A stretch of 64,000 bases of DNA from Candidatus Parcubacteria bacterium (GTDB taxonomy: Bacteria; Patescibacteriota; Minisyncoccia; Phycocordibacterales; UBA2100), in NCBI GenBank assembly GCA_041168925.1, contig JBEEJY010000019.1, positions 2,384 through 66,383 on the forward strand, read 5' to 3'. The notes below the pieces were generated by a model, which was not told where the DNA came from, did not search any database, and was given only the letters and a program-made list of their open reading frames with translations. Shown in pieces: positions 40,981 through 50,231 of this stretch (within the stretch, counting starts at the first letter, position 1; the number at the start of each line of letters is the position of its first letter). A program made the translations under genes and the position numbers.

Positions 40981-43095
40981 ATGCTGGGGTCAGATATTTT
41001 CAGGAAATTCGCCGGCGGATCCAGCATCTTTTCCCTCACGATCTTTTTGAGCGCGTTTTTGCTCTTCGTCATCCAGCCCGTCGCGGGCAAGCACATATTG
41101 CCGTACTTCGGGGGAAGTTCTTCTGTATGGGCGACGTCGCTCCTCTTTTTCACCGGCATGCTTTTCGTCGGCTACGCGTATGTCTACGTTTTGACGACGC
41201 TTGACGGGCGCACGCAGGTGCGGGTACATGCGAGCCTCGTTTTGCTCGCCGCGATCGCGACGCTCGTCGCAATCCGTTCGTGGCACTCGATGTACCCGTC
41301 GCTTGAGGGTCTGGCGAGCGTTTCGCAGCCGTCGCTTGGCGTCCTGCTCGCGCTCTTCTTCGGCATAGGCGCGCCATACTTCGTGCTCTCGACGACCGGC
41401 CCTCTGTTGCAGTTTTGGTATGGACTCACTTTCGATAGGGAACCGTATCAACTCTACGCGCTCTCCAACGCCGGCTCGCTCATCGCGCTTTTGGCGTATC
41501 CCTTTTTGATTGAGCCGCGTCTTTCGCTGCACGAGACGGAAAATGCCTGGGTGCTGCTTTTTGCGTGCTATGCGCTCGCGAGCGTCGCGATTTGTTGGGG
41601 AGCGAAGCGCGCGGGCCGCGTAGCGGCCCGCGCTTCCATTCACTCGCAAGACGAGACGAACACGGGCACGCGCGCGCTCTACGTCGCGCTCGCGGCACTG
41701 CCTTCTTTCCTCATGGTCGCGACGACGACCGAGATCACGCAGACGATCGCGCCCGTGCCTTTGCTGTGGGTCGTGCCACTCGCGTTCTACCTCATCACCT
41801 ACATCCTTGCTTTTCGCGGCTACGGCAGCTCGATCTTTACGCCGCTCATCCTGCTCGGCGCCTGCGCCTTCGCCTACGTGAGCACTGCAACCGACGTTTA
41901 CCACGTCTCGACTCAGATCAGCTCGTACCTCTTCTTGCTATTCGTGGCCGGTCTTTTCGCGCATGCCACACTCTATAGCCTCCGCCCGAAAACGCGCGAG
42001 CTGCCGCTTTTCTATCTCCTCCTTTCCTTCGGCGGCATGCTCGGCGCGCTTTGCGCCGGTATGCTGGCGCCGCTGCTTTTCGATTCGTTCTGGGAATTTC
42101 CCTTCGGGCTCGCGCTCGCCGCCGCAGCAGGCGCGCTTGCGCTCTCGGAGCAATTTTTCCCGCGCATACTCGACGCCGGCAGGATCAGGCTCGCGAAAAT
42201 CATCATGCTCTTCGGGATCGCCGTACTCTTTACGCGTCTCATGGCCGCGCCGTATGAGTATGAGGTGCCCTTCGTCGCGTCGCGCGATTTTTACGGCGCG
42301 GTGCAGGTGAGATTCCACAACGCCATGACTTCGCTCATGCACGGCACGACGCTTCATGGCATCCAATCGACCGACCGCTCGCTGCGTTTCCTGCCGAGTT
42401 CGTACTACACGCCGGGGAGCGGGGTAGGGCGCGCGATCATCTATGAGCAAGATTTGCGGCGAGGGCAAAAAATCAAAGTCGGCGTCCTCGGGCTCGGTAC
42501 GGGCTCGATCGCGGCGCATTGCCGGAATGGACAAGGGGGACGTACGGGCGATGAATTCGTATTTTATGAAATCGATCCGCGGATCGAGCGAATCGCCCGT
42601 ACGTATTTCTCCTACCTTGCGCACTGCAAGGGCTCCGAAGTCCGGCTCGGCGACGGGCGGCTCTTGATGCAGAAAGAATTGTCGGAAGGCGCGCCCGGCA
42701 ATTACGATCTCGTCGTGATGGATGCTTTCGCCGACGACACCGTGCCCGCGCATTTGCTCACCATGCAGGCGGTGAAGCTCTATGCCGCGCATGCGCGCAC
42801 TCCAGAGAGCATCATCGCGATCCACACCTCAAACCGCTACCTCGACCTCCCCCCGGTCATTTTCAAGGAGGCGGCCGCGCTCGGCCTCAACGCGATGATG
42901 ATCTGGGATAACGGCGAATCGAATCCGGGCGGCAGTCCTTCGCAATGGGTACTTCTCGTGAAAGACCCGACCGTGTTCGGAGCCAACGTTTTCGCGCATG
43001 CGAGCAGCTTCGTTGCGGACGTTGATCAGGCGCCGCTATGGACCGACGACTACCAGAGCCTCTTTTCGGTCGTGGATCTCGCGATGCCCTGGTAG
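40981..43095 (+). CDS. Polytopic membrane domain fused to a spermidine-synthase-like (class I SAM-dependent) domain
   Basis: About 10 TM helices over the first 400 aa. The C-terminal domain carries VGVLGLGTGSIA, YEIDP and DLVVMDAF motifs. Confidence 0.7.
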   Translation: MLGSDIFRKFAGGSSIFSLTIFLSAFLLFVIQPVAGKHILPYFGGSSSVWATSLLFFTGMLFVGYAYVYVLTTLDGRTQVRVHASLVLLAAIATLVAIRSWHSMYPSLEGLASVSQPSLGVLLALFFGIGAPYFVLSTTGPLLQFWYGLTFDREPYQLYALSNAGSLIALLAYPFLIEPRLSLHETENAWVLLFACYALASVAICWGAKRAGRVAARASIHSQDETNTGTRALYVALAALPSFLMVATTTEITQTIAPVPLLWVVPLAFYLITYILAFRGYGSSIFTPLILLGACAFAYVSTATDVYHVSTQISSYLFLLFVAGLFAHATLYSLRPKTRELPLFYLLLSFGGMLGALCAGMLAPLLFDSFWEFPFGLALAAAAGALALSEQFFPRILDAGRIRLAKIIMLFGIAVLFTRLMAAPYEYEVPFVASRDFYGAVQVRFHNAMTSLMHGTTLHGIQSTDRSLRFLPSSYYTPGSGVGRAIIYEQDLRRGQKIKVGVLGLGTGSIAAHCRNGQGGRTGDEFVFYEIDPRIERIARTYFSYLAHCKGSEVRLGDGRLLMQKELSEGAPGNYDLVVMDAFADDTVPAHLLTMQAVKLYAAHARTPESIIAIHTSNRYLDLPPVIFKEAAALGLNAMMIWDNGESNPGGSPSQWVLLVKDPTVFGANVFAHASSFVADVDQAPLWTDDYQSLFSVVDLAMPW

Positions 43096-43107
43096 CCCGA
43101 GACCGGC

Positions 43108-43545
43108 TTACTCATCCGGCGTGCGCTCGCTTCGTATGATCGTGACCGGAACGGGAGGGATCATCGGCAATCCGTCTTTCAGCGGTCCCACGACGATAGA
43201 CGCGGGGCCCGTGTATCCAGTGAGATCGGCGTCGATCGAAAATGTGTAGTAGCCATTTGCCTGATACTGCGCTCCGCGCGGCGCGATTCCTTCCCATATC
43301 GTCACATCGCCTTCGATCGGGATAGTGCCGTCGGTCACACGAACGTAGACGCCGCCCTCTTGATTGTCGAATGCCTGGCTTTCCGCAATACCCGTGATCT
43401 CGAATGTCGTGCTTGCCGTCGTTTGCCCCGCAAAGGGGTAGGAGATATGGATTTGCGGCGCGCGCGGCGCGCGCAGGATCTCAAACACGGCGATGCAAAG
43501 CAAGAGACCGGCGAGAATTGCGAGGACAAGGAGATTCTTTTTCAT
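43108..43545 (-). CDS. Secreted/TM-anchored hypothetical protein immediately downstream of the giant gene
   Basis: 145 aa with signal/TM MKKNLLVLAILAGLLLCIAV and a beta-rich body. It starts 5 nt after the giant-gene stop, so it is likely co-transcribed. Confidence 0.6.
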   Translation of the reverse strand: MKKNLLVLAILAGLLLCIAVFEILRAPRAPQIHISYPFAGQTTASTTFEITGIAESQAFDNQEGGVYVRVTDGTIPIEGDVTIWEGIAPRGAQYQANGYYTFSIDADLTGYTGPASIVVGPLKDGLPMIPPVPVTIIRSERTPDE

Positions 43546-43549
43546 ACGG

Positions 43550-46500
43550 CTATTGTATACCGACGGTCGTCGATGCGGCTTTCGACGGCCCGTCGATCGT
43601 CGTGCAGGCGAGGATGAACGTCGTCGGACTCGCGAGTGCAGGCGTCGTAATCGCGCCGTTCAGATTCGTCTTTCCGGCGTTATCCGCAGTAAACCGCGGG
43701 AAGGCCGGGCTCGATATCACGCAGGAGTCCATGCCGGTCGTGATCCAGCCGAGCTGTGATTTCTCTCCGCGCTTCACGGTCTTTGGATTGGCGATCAAGA
43801 TGATTCGCGGAGGTTTACCCGTTTTTGGCGTCGAGGTTGCGCGCCCATCCGGAGCAGGAGCCGACGTTGCCGAAGGGGACACCGACACGCCGACGCTGCA
43901 GCTTGTAGGGGAGGACGAACCGGCGGCGCCGTAGACCGTGAGCGTGTAGGTCGTTGTCACTGCCGGGTTTTGCGTCATTGAGCCGGAGAGCGGCACTGAA
44001 CCGAAGCCGGACATAATGGCGCTCACGGCATTCACGCTCGACCAGGTGAGTGTCGTCGCTGCATTCGGCGAGACGGTCGTAGGCGAGGCCGATATCGTGC
44101 ACGAAACGATGTCATACCTATTCGGCGTTCCGGTATTCGAAGCCGGGAATGCTTGTTGCGGCGGTCGCGGTGGAGGCGGTTGACCGCCTTGCGAGCCCAT
44201 ACCATCGGCACCGGCACTATTTCCTTGCATGCCGTTCTGTCCGGAAGGGGAAGCGCCAGGACCGCCCGGATAACCCGGACCTCCGGGGGTGCTCGGGCTC
44301 GGTTCTGTCGGGCGGTTATCCTCGAAAAGATACTCATCTGGCTTTTGCGGATTCGGCGCGCCTTTCGGCAGCGTATCGTTGGTCGCCGGCAGCGGAGCTT
44401 TCGTATCGGGATTTATGATCGGTTTCCCTTCGGGATCGACAAGAAGGTCCACTTTATTGTCCGGACCGATGGACCCTTCGGGGAGCGGAAGCGTACCGAC
44501 GGCGTTGCCATCCTCGTCGGTAATATCGTGCATAACGAGAGGATTGATCGTACCTCCTCCGATCATTTGAGGCTGATAGGAAGCCCTGTCGCCCATTCCG
44601 CCTTTTGCGAGCTGCGCCGGATCGAGCCCGCCGGCGTGCGAGGGAAACATGCCGGTTTCCCAGCTTCCGGCCTTGCCGTAATTGGTGGGTCCGAGATCGT
44701 AATGCATCCAGTCGCGCGTCACGCCGCTTCCGAAATAGCCGCCCCAGTTGCCGCGGCTCTTGAATTCCGGGAACAACTGATCCTGGTAATGCTTCACGTT
44801 TTGCATGAAGATGCGATACGGCTCGTACGACGAAGGAGTCTTAAGCCAGGAGAGCGGTTTTCCTTGCGCGTCGTGCAGCTGTACATCGCACGCGAGCGCG
44901 TACGTGCCGCCCTGGTAGGTCCCGCGCTGTTCGTGATACGAACCCGACCCGTTGCGGTCTCCCGCGCATCCGTTCACCCGCGCGTGCCAGCCGGGCGGCA
45001 AATCCTTGGTCGCTTCTTCCATCGCCTTGCGCACAATGGGATGCATCGTCGTCGTGACTCCGGAGCCGGGACCGCCCCAGCCATAGAGGCGCGGTTCGGC
45101 GGATCTCGGCGGGGTCGCTGTCTTTGCCGCCTCGCCGTCTTTGCGCTTGGCGGTAAATGTCTTCCACTGAGCATCGCAGGGCATCGTGCCGTTGGCGCAG
45201 CCGCGCGAGAGGGCGGCTTGCTTCCGGAATGCCTGCTCGCAAGCGGATTTGTCGCCGAGCGTGCACTCGAAAGCCGTACCTGTCTGCGGATCCACCATGT
45301 ACGGGCCATTCGGCGCGGGCACTTCGGGAGTGCCTTCGACCGGAGCACCGCTGCCTTTCGGCGTCGCATAGTCGCGGACGTTGCAATATTCGCACCCCGA
45401 GGAGAATGTTGCGCCCATGTTGGAATAATTCTGGTTGCCGTTGATCTGGTTCGCGATATTTTGCAGATCCGAAAGTCCGCCGCCAAACCCGACGTACCAC
45501 ACGGGCATGTTGGGTTTACCTATTTTGTTGAGATAGTCTTTCATGCCTGCGGGATTCGGACAGCCGCCTCGCTCACAAATGATCGCAACTGCCGCCGGAT
45601 GCTGCGCAAGCGGCATGAGCCCGTTTAGGCCGGGATTTTTGACGGCGACGCCAAGACCGTTTTGTTGCGCAAGGTCCATGGCCTCCTTATTTGCTTCGAG
45701 GGAATAGCCGTCCTGGTTGTCCATCTCGACATAGGGGATGTTCTGGTTCTTGTAGTGGGTAAATTGACCTTGAAGGTTCTGCTTGAACCCGGGACCGCGC
45801 GGATCCGGCCGATCTTCTTTGTATTGATTTCCGGTACCGGTTCGCGGAAGATAGGGTCCATACTTTCCCGCTGTCTGTCCTTGCGTGAACATATTGACGT
45901 ATCCTATGCAGGCATCGGCATTGCCACACTGGCTCTTCGAGCCGAAGAATTGCGTTTCAACGACCCGGCCGCGCGTATCGCCGCCTCCGCCTCCTCCGAT
46001 AAGGTAACTGAGCGGCTTGCCGGCGAGCGCGCCAGCGCCCGCCCCCGCCGCGCGCGGCATCGGCACGGCCTTGAGACCGGGTACTCGCGCTTTAGCAAGT
46101 TTTTCCTTCAATTCTGGCGGCGGTGGATCGCCTTTGCAACCTCCTTTGGGACACCGAGAGCTCTGCATACTCGCGACCAATGAGGGGAAGATATCGTTTC
46201 CGTTTGTCAGTAATTTGTTATACTCGGCGGCTTTCTCTCGCGTCAGCGGTCCTAGGAGTCGCCACGAGACCTGTTGGCCCGTAGGATAAACAGTATTGCC
46301 GGAAGGAGTATAGCCAGCGCTCTCAGCAAGCGGCGCGTTGATGTCGATGCCTTTCCCCGTCCACGGCGACGGGCCAATATCTACCTGACGCACCACGCGA
46401 CGCTGCCCGTTCGGCAGACGTACCAGAAAATACTGCCCAAGCGTCGCCCAATTATAGAGCGCGATGCCCGGTTCAGTTTGCGGTGCGCCAGGAAGTGCAT

Positions 46501-49500
46501 TTTTTCCGTTATCGCCCGCGTCTCGCCACACGTATCGACATCCAGCGTACGGTCCCCAGCCACACTGACCGAATAAAGAACTTCTGGCGGAGTTGGTGAA
46601 AGATGCGGTATTTATGCCAAGCGGTTGCTGTTCTAGCGGCGCCGCTTGTGCGCTGCCAGCGAACTCTTTTTTGAACGCATCCCACACCTTCGCGAAGATA
46701 TCGGCAAGTTTTTGCAGCGTCGTGCGCTGCTCGTCGTTTTTCTGCGCGTTCGCCTGACTCAACCCTTCGGCGCCCGGTACTCGCGGCGCTTGCGTGTTGA
46801 GCGGCTGCCCTTGCAGCTGTGTGGGAAGCGACGGAGTGTTCGCATCAGGTGGCGTCGCGGCGGTCGTTTTGGAGGGAGGAGTCGCCGTCGGCTTTTCAGG
46901 CTGCGTCAGATCGGAGACGCCGGTGCCCTTACCTTTCGCCGCTTCTCCGCGCGCTTGCGCTTCACCTTCGATCGTCGAAGGTGCTCGCGTCGGCTTGAGA
47001 TCGGGCGAGGTTATGGTACCGCCAGAGGTGCCCTGCCGGTTTTTCGAGTCTGTCGGAGTCACACTTTGCGCTTGCGCGATCTTGTCGCCTTGCCGCGCGG
47101 TCTCCGAGGAGCCGGGGGAGTTCGTGGTAGGACATGTAGGAAGCGAGAGATGCGCTTGTCGCTCCTGCGCCGATGCGCTCGCGGGCAGGCAGATCGTCGA
47201 AGGCACGGCAGATTCGGCATCGGGCACCGTCGGTACGCTGCCTTTGATGATATTGGGCGTATATGCGAGCAGTGGTTGCGGAGCAAATGCTGCCGCGATT
47301 CCCTGCGCTTGAGGTGAAGTTGGCGACCATGAGAAAGACGGAAACGGCACGCCGGAAGCGGGAGATGAGGGATAAGACTGCCCGCCTCCTCCCTGACCTG
47401 ATTGTCCCGTCGCTCCGGCGTCGCCGCCTTCGCCTCCTCGAGCCTTCGGCGCTTCGCCGGATGAGAGCTTGGCAGGGCTTGGTGTCGGTTGTTTTTCGGG
47501 TGTGGTGCCTTTTGCGGGCTTTTCTTTCTCCGGAGTCGGCTCCGCCGCGTTCTTTTCCTTCGTCGGCGCCGGGGCTGATTGCGGCGGTTCGGACGGCTTC
47601 GCCTCCGCGATCTTCGTCTTGTCTTGCGGCTGCTCCGCAGGACGAGGCGGGACCTCGGCTAGCTTCGGTTGCTCTTGGGGCTGCTCTTTTGGCTGCTCCT
47701 GCGGGACAACCTGCGGCTCGGGAAGCTCCTTTGGCTTCACTTCCACTTCCGGCAGCGTCTCGGCATATTTTGGCGTTTCCTCCGGTTTGAATTCCGGGAC
47801 AGGCAGTTCGGTCTCGGGAATCACCTCGACCGGGATCACTTCTAGAGGCGTGCTCGGGCTGTAACGAACGCCCTGCGTGATGGAAAGGGCGCGCTCGCGA
47901 TTCCACGCGGCGCGTAGCTCTTCGAGCGTTAGCGCACCCATGCCTTGGCGATCGTAATCCTCTTGCAGGGCGCTCCCGAGTTCGCGCGCTATGCTGACGC
48001 CTGAATCGGGGTTCTGGCCGCGGTAGAAGGGCGAATCGAGACTTTCCAACCACTTCGTATACGAGTCTCCGGCGGCTCCTTCACCGGTGCCGAGGTACCA
48101 GTAGCCGTACCCTTTTGCTTCGAGATAGGCCGATCCTTTCCCCGTAAGGCCGTAATCCTCACCGCGGAATATCGAGCACGACGATACGCCGCAGAACGTC
48201 GCGGGCAGATCGCTTCCCGAAAATTCGCCGGCCTTTCTTTTCACCTCTTCTCTGCGCGCGTTCCAGTCTTCGTCTGACATGCCCTCGGGGCGCGCGATAA
48301 CGGTGGGAGGCGGCGTCGAGGGGCCGCCGGGCTCCGGTTTCCAGGGCGACGGCTCTCCGGGAGTAAGACCCTTCATCTCTGCCGTCAAGGCTTCGCCGGA
48401 TTTCTGCGCCGGAAGCGGTTCTCCGTACGCGGCGAGTTGCATATCGATGTCGTTGAAAAGGCTCTGGCGGATCCCAGACGGGCAGCCCGTATCAGGGCAC
48501 ACCGCGCCCGTACCGGCATCGGCGTAAACATTGAGCTCATGCTGTATGTCCGTCGAGTTGGCCGGAGCGTCGGGAAGAGCGGGTTCAGTACCGTTGAAAA
48601 ACCCTCCGACGCTCGGATTGGACCACAGGTCGCTGCCAAATTCGGCGATCGCGAGGGGCGCGGAGAAACCGGTGAAGACCGAATAGAGCGGCGCGTAGCC
48701 CTGGTCGTAGAATTTCTCGATGTCGCCGACCACGAGCTTATTGGTGTCTTGCAAAAGCTGCCAGTATTCCTGATACCACGGAATGCCTTGCGTCGCAGGT
48801 ACGTTACTTTCAAATCCGGTACTGCCCGAGGATCCGGGAGTCTTGGTGTAGGTGTAGTATTCATCGACGCCGCCCGGGCCCATCGGCGGATAGGTAAGCG
48901 CATATTGATCCTTGAGCTCCGGAATGTACTCGACGATCGCCGCTCCGGTCGTTTCGGGATACGGCGCGGGATTTGCGTACCCTGATATTTGGGCATACAC
49001 GGTCGCCTGATCGAAGTCTCCCCGATTTGCCGCGAGCTGCGCGCTCGCTTGCGCGAACGCGTCTTTGTTGTCGGGCGTTGCGTAAGAATAGGCGATGATG
49101 CCGCCCAAATAATCCTCGGAACCGGCGACGGCTTGCTGGATCGAGCCGATCGTATTCGGCGGATTTTCGAGCGTCACGGGCGCGCCTCCGTACGAGGTAA
49201 ATTCGACTTTGCCGCCGGAGGCCATGAGGCCGCGGATGAGCGCGAGATCCCCCTCACAATCAGGGCCCTTGATACAGCTACCGCCGTCCCATTTGACTTT
49301 GCCCGGCAACTTGGAAGCCTGTTTCGATTCGCAGTCTTTATGCTCCTTGCTTCCGGTCTTGCCGGCGCTATCGCACGGGTCTTTCTCTTTTTTGACGTCG
49401 GGCTTCCCGCTCTTGGCTTCTGAGACTTTCTCGGTCGAAGTTTTCGTCGAGTCTTTGTCTTTCACCGCGTCTTTCGGAGACTCATTGCTCGCATCGGAGG

Positions 49501-49690
49501 AGTATGCGGCCTCGAATCCGGCCTCATCGACCGACGCGATAAGCGCGCGCGAATCGGGATACAACGTCGCGCTTCCGAGCGAGATCCCGCTTGCGACGAG
49601 AAGGGAAAAAGCGACCGTGAGGAAGCCTTTGAAAATATAACCAACAAACCCCTCGTCTTCAGGGTGCATATACGCATTGAATGATAGCAA
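43550..49690 (-). CDS. Giant (2046 aa) secreted multidomain protein with peptidoglycan-hydrolase-like and Ig-like modules
   Basis: N-terminal signal/TM, then a Pro/Glu/Lys-rich linker (PEPQVVPQEQPKEQPQEQPK) and a Gly/Ser/Thr-rich spacer. An RlpA/3D-like double-psi beta-barrel block (LPNGQRRVVRQVDIGPSPWTGKGIDINAPLAESAGY) follows. A VanY/M15-like block (SGSYHEQ..GGTYALACDV....DWMHYDL) is also present. The C-terminus carries 2-3 Cys-bracketed Ig-like domains (L.W...TTY.LTV). Confidence 0.85.
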   Translation of the reverse strand: MLSFNAYMHPEDEGFVGYIFKGFLTVAFSLLVASGISLGSATLYPDSRALIASVDEAGFEAAYSSDASNESPKDAVKDKDSTKTSTEKVSEAKSGKPDVKKEKDPCDSAGKTGSKEHKDCESKQASKLPGKVKWDGGSCIKGPDCEGDLALIRGLMASGGKVEFTSYGGAPVTLENPPNTIGSIQQAVAGSEDYLGGIIAYSYATPDNKDAFAQASAQLAANRGDFDQATVYAQISGYANPAPYPETTGAAIVEYIPELKDQYALTYPPMGPGGVDEYYTYTKTPGSSGSTGFESNVPATQGIPWYQEYWQLLQDTNKLVVGDIEKFYDQGYAPLYSVFTGFSAPLAIAEFGSDLWSNPSVGGFFNGTEPALPDAPANSTDIQHELNVYADAGTGAVCPDTGCPSGIRQSLFNDIDMQLAAYGEPLPAQKSGEALTAEMKGLTPGEPSPWKPEPGGPSTPPPTVIARPEGMSDEDWNARREEVKRKAGEFSGSDLPATFCGVSSCSIFRGEDYGLTGKGSAYLEAKGYGYWYLGTGEGAAGDSYTKWLESLDSPFYRGQNPDSGVSIARELGSALQEDYDRQGMGALTLEELRAAWNRERALSITQGVRYSPSTPLEVIPVEVIPETELPVPEFKPEETPKYAETLPEVEVKPKELPEPQVVPQEQPKEQPQEQPKLAEVPPRPAEQPQDKTKIAEAKPSEPPQSAPAPTKEKNAAEPTPEKEKPAKGTTPEKQPTPSPAKLSSGEAPKARGGEGGDAGATGQSGQGGGGQSYPSSPASGVPFPSFSWSPTSPQAQGIAAAFAPQPLLAYTPNIIKGSVPTVPDAESAVPSTICLPASASAQERQAHLSLPTCPTTNSPGSSETARQGDKIAQAQSVTPTDSKNRQGTSGGTITSPDLKPTRAPSTIEGEAQARGEAAKGKGTGVSDLTQPEKPTATPPSKTTAATPPDANTPSLPTQLQGQPLNTQAPRVPGAEGLSQANAQKNDEQRTTLQKLADIFAKVWDAFKKEFAGSAQAAPLEQQPLGINTASFTNSARSSLFGQCGWGPYAGCRYVWRDAGDNGKNALPGAPQTEPGIALYNWATLGQYFLVRLPNGQRRVVRQVDIGPSPWTGKGIDINAPLAESAGYTPSGNTVYPTGQQVSWRLLGPLTREKAAEYNKLLTNGNDIFPSLVASMQSSRCPKGGCKGDPPPPELKEKLAKARVPGLKAVPMPRAAGAGAGALAGKPLSYLIGGGGGGDTRGRVVETQFFGSKSQCGNADACIGYVNMFTQGQTAGKYGPYLPRTGTGNQYKEDRPDPRGPGFKQNLQGQFTHYKNQNIPYVEMDNQDGYSLEANKEAMDLAQQNGLGVAVKNPGLNGLMPLAQHPAAVAIICERGGCPNPAGMKDYLNKIGKPNMPVWYVGFGGGLSDLQNIANQINGNQNYSNMGATFSSGCEYCNVRDYATPKGSGAPVEGTPEVPAPNGPYMVDPQTGTAFECTLGDKSACEQAFRKQAALSRGCANGTMPCDAQWKTFTAKRKDGEAAKTATPPRSAEPRLYGWGGPGSGVTTTMHPIVRKAMEEATKDLPPGWHARVNGCAGDRNGSGSYHEQRGTYQGGTYALACDVQLHDAQGKPLSWLKTPSSYEPYRIFMQNVKHYQDQLFPEFKSRGNWGGYFGSGVTRDWMHYDLGPTNYGKAGSWETGMFPSHAGGLDPAQLAKGGMGDRASYQPQMIGGGTINPLVMHDITDEDGNAVGTLPLPEGSIGPDNKVDLLVDPEGKPIINPDTKAPLPATNDTLPKGAPNPQKPDEYLFEDNRPTEPSPSTPGGPGYPGGPGASPSGQNGMQGNSAGADGMGSQGGQPPPPRPPQQAFPASNTGTPNRYDIVSCTISASPTTVSPNAATTLTWSSVNAVSAIMSGFGSVPLSGSMTQNPAVTTTYTLTVYGAAGSSSPTSCSVGVSVSPSATSAPAPDGRATSTPKTGKPPRIILIANPKTVKRGEKSQLGWITTGMDSCVISSPAFPRFTADNAGKTNLNGAITTPALASPTTFILACTTIDGPSKAASTTVGIQ

Positions 49691-49751
49691 TGAAATTCCA
49701 GAAAACGTTCATCTTCCGGGTTCGTCTGTGAATTTGCAGTATTTTGCCGGA

Positions 49752-49779
49752 TTGACAAGCGAGTCGGACTGGATAGAAT
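49752..49779 (+). promoter_or_regulatory. Sigma70-like promoter with an extended -10 (GGATAGAAT)
   Basis: TTGACA(49752-57), 16 nt, TAGAAT(49774-79). The same GGATAGAAT box sits 10 nt upstream of the pth ATG at 59894..59902. Confidence 0.45.
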
Positions 49780-49788
49780 GAGTTCGTT

Positions 49789-49854
49789 ATGCATCGCGCA
49801 GTCATGATGATGGCAATGATGACCTCCCGACGCGGAGAGCTCCTGCCTGCATAA
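49789..49854 (+). other. 21-codon Met-rich leaderless ORF (MHRAVMMMAMMTSRRGELLPA), candidate leader peptide or small RNA
   Basis: The ATG lies 9 nt after the -10 box. Six of its 21 codons are Met. A terminator follows 22 nt after the stop. Confidence 0.3.
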
Positions 49855-49875
49855 CTTCCACAAAGTATCCAGACA

Positions 49876-49907
49876 AAAGCCCTCCGCAAGGAGGGTTTTG
49901 TTCTTTT
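49876..49907 (+). terminator. Rho-independent terminator or attenuator
   Basis: GCCCTCC-gcaa-GGAGGG followed by TTTTGTTCTTTT. Confidence 0.55.
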
Positions 49908-49986
49908 ACGTACGACGTTGGAGCCATCAGGCCGGCCGGGAGATTTCCTTGTCAGCCGGTGTCTCCAACTTCATCGAGAGGCGATT

Positions 49987-50169
49987 ATGAACACACAAGC
50001 GACAAAGCACGAGATGAAAAACAGGCGTTCGAGTTCGAGCAAGGACAAGAACAAGAACGGCCACGTCGATCTCACGCACCCGACGCATGTGTGCGTCATC
50101 AACGGCGGAAGTCCGCTCGACAGCATCGTTCATCGCCTCGCTCGGAGCGTCGATGAGCGGAAAGCGTGA
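49987..50169 (+). CDS. Possible small ORF upstream of pyrF
   Basis: 60 aa from MNTQATKHEMKNRR with a GAGAGG RBS. No homology evidence. Confidence 0.25.
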   Translation: MNTQATKHEMKNRRSSSSKDKNKNGHVDLTHPTHVCVINGGSPLDSIVHRLARSVDERKA

Positions 50170-50231
50170 GCGCGGGAATCTCGAAGCATGACCGGCGGGC
50201 GCTGTGGCCCCGCCGGTTTTCTTTTGCTAGT

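Noticed and set aside
40990-42825. Minus-strand ORFs 40990..41904 and 41938..42825 within the membrane-transferase gene
   Set aside because: Arg/Glu-rich antisense frames inside a gene with a clear TM topology and catalytic motifs.
44153-48053. Multiple 150-490-aa ORFs on both strands inside the giant gene (for example 44153..45628+, 46646..47317+, 46962..48053-)
   Set aside because: All overlap the continuous 2046-aa frame, which carries a signal peptide and recognisable domains. Their compositions are Arg/Gly/Ser-rich shadow frames.
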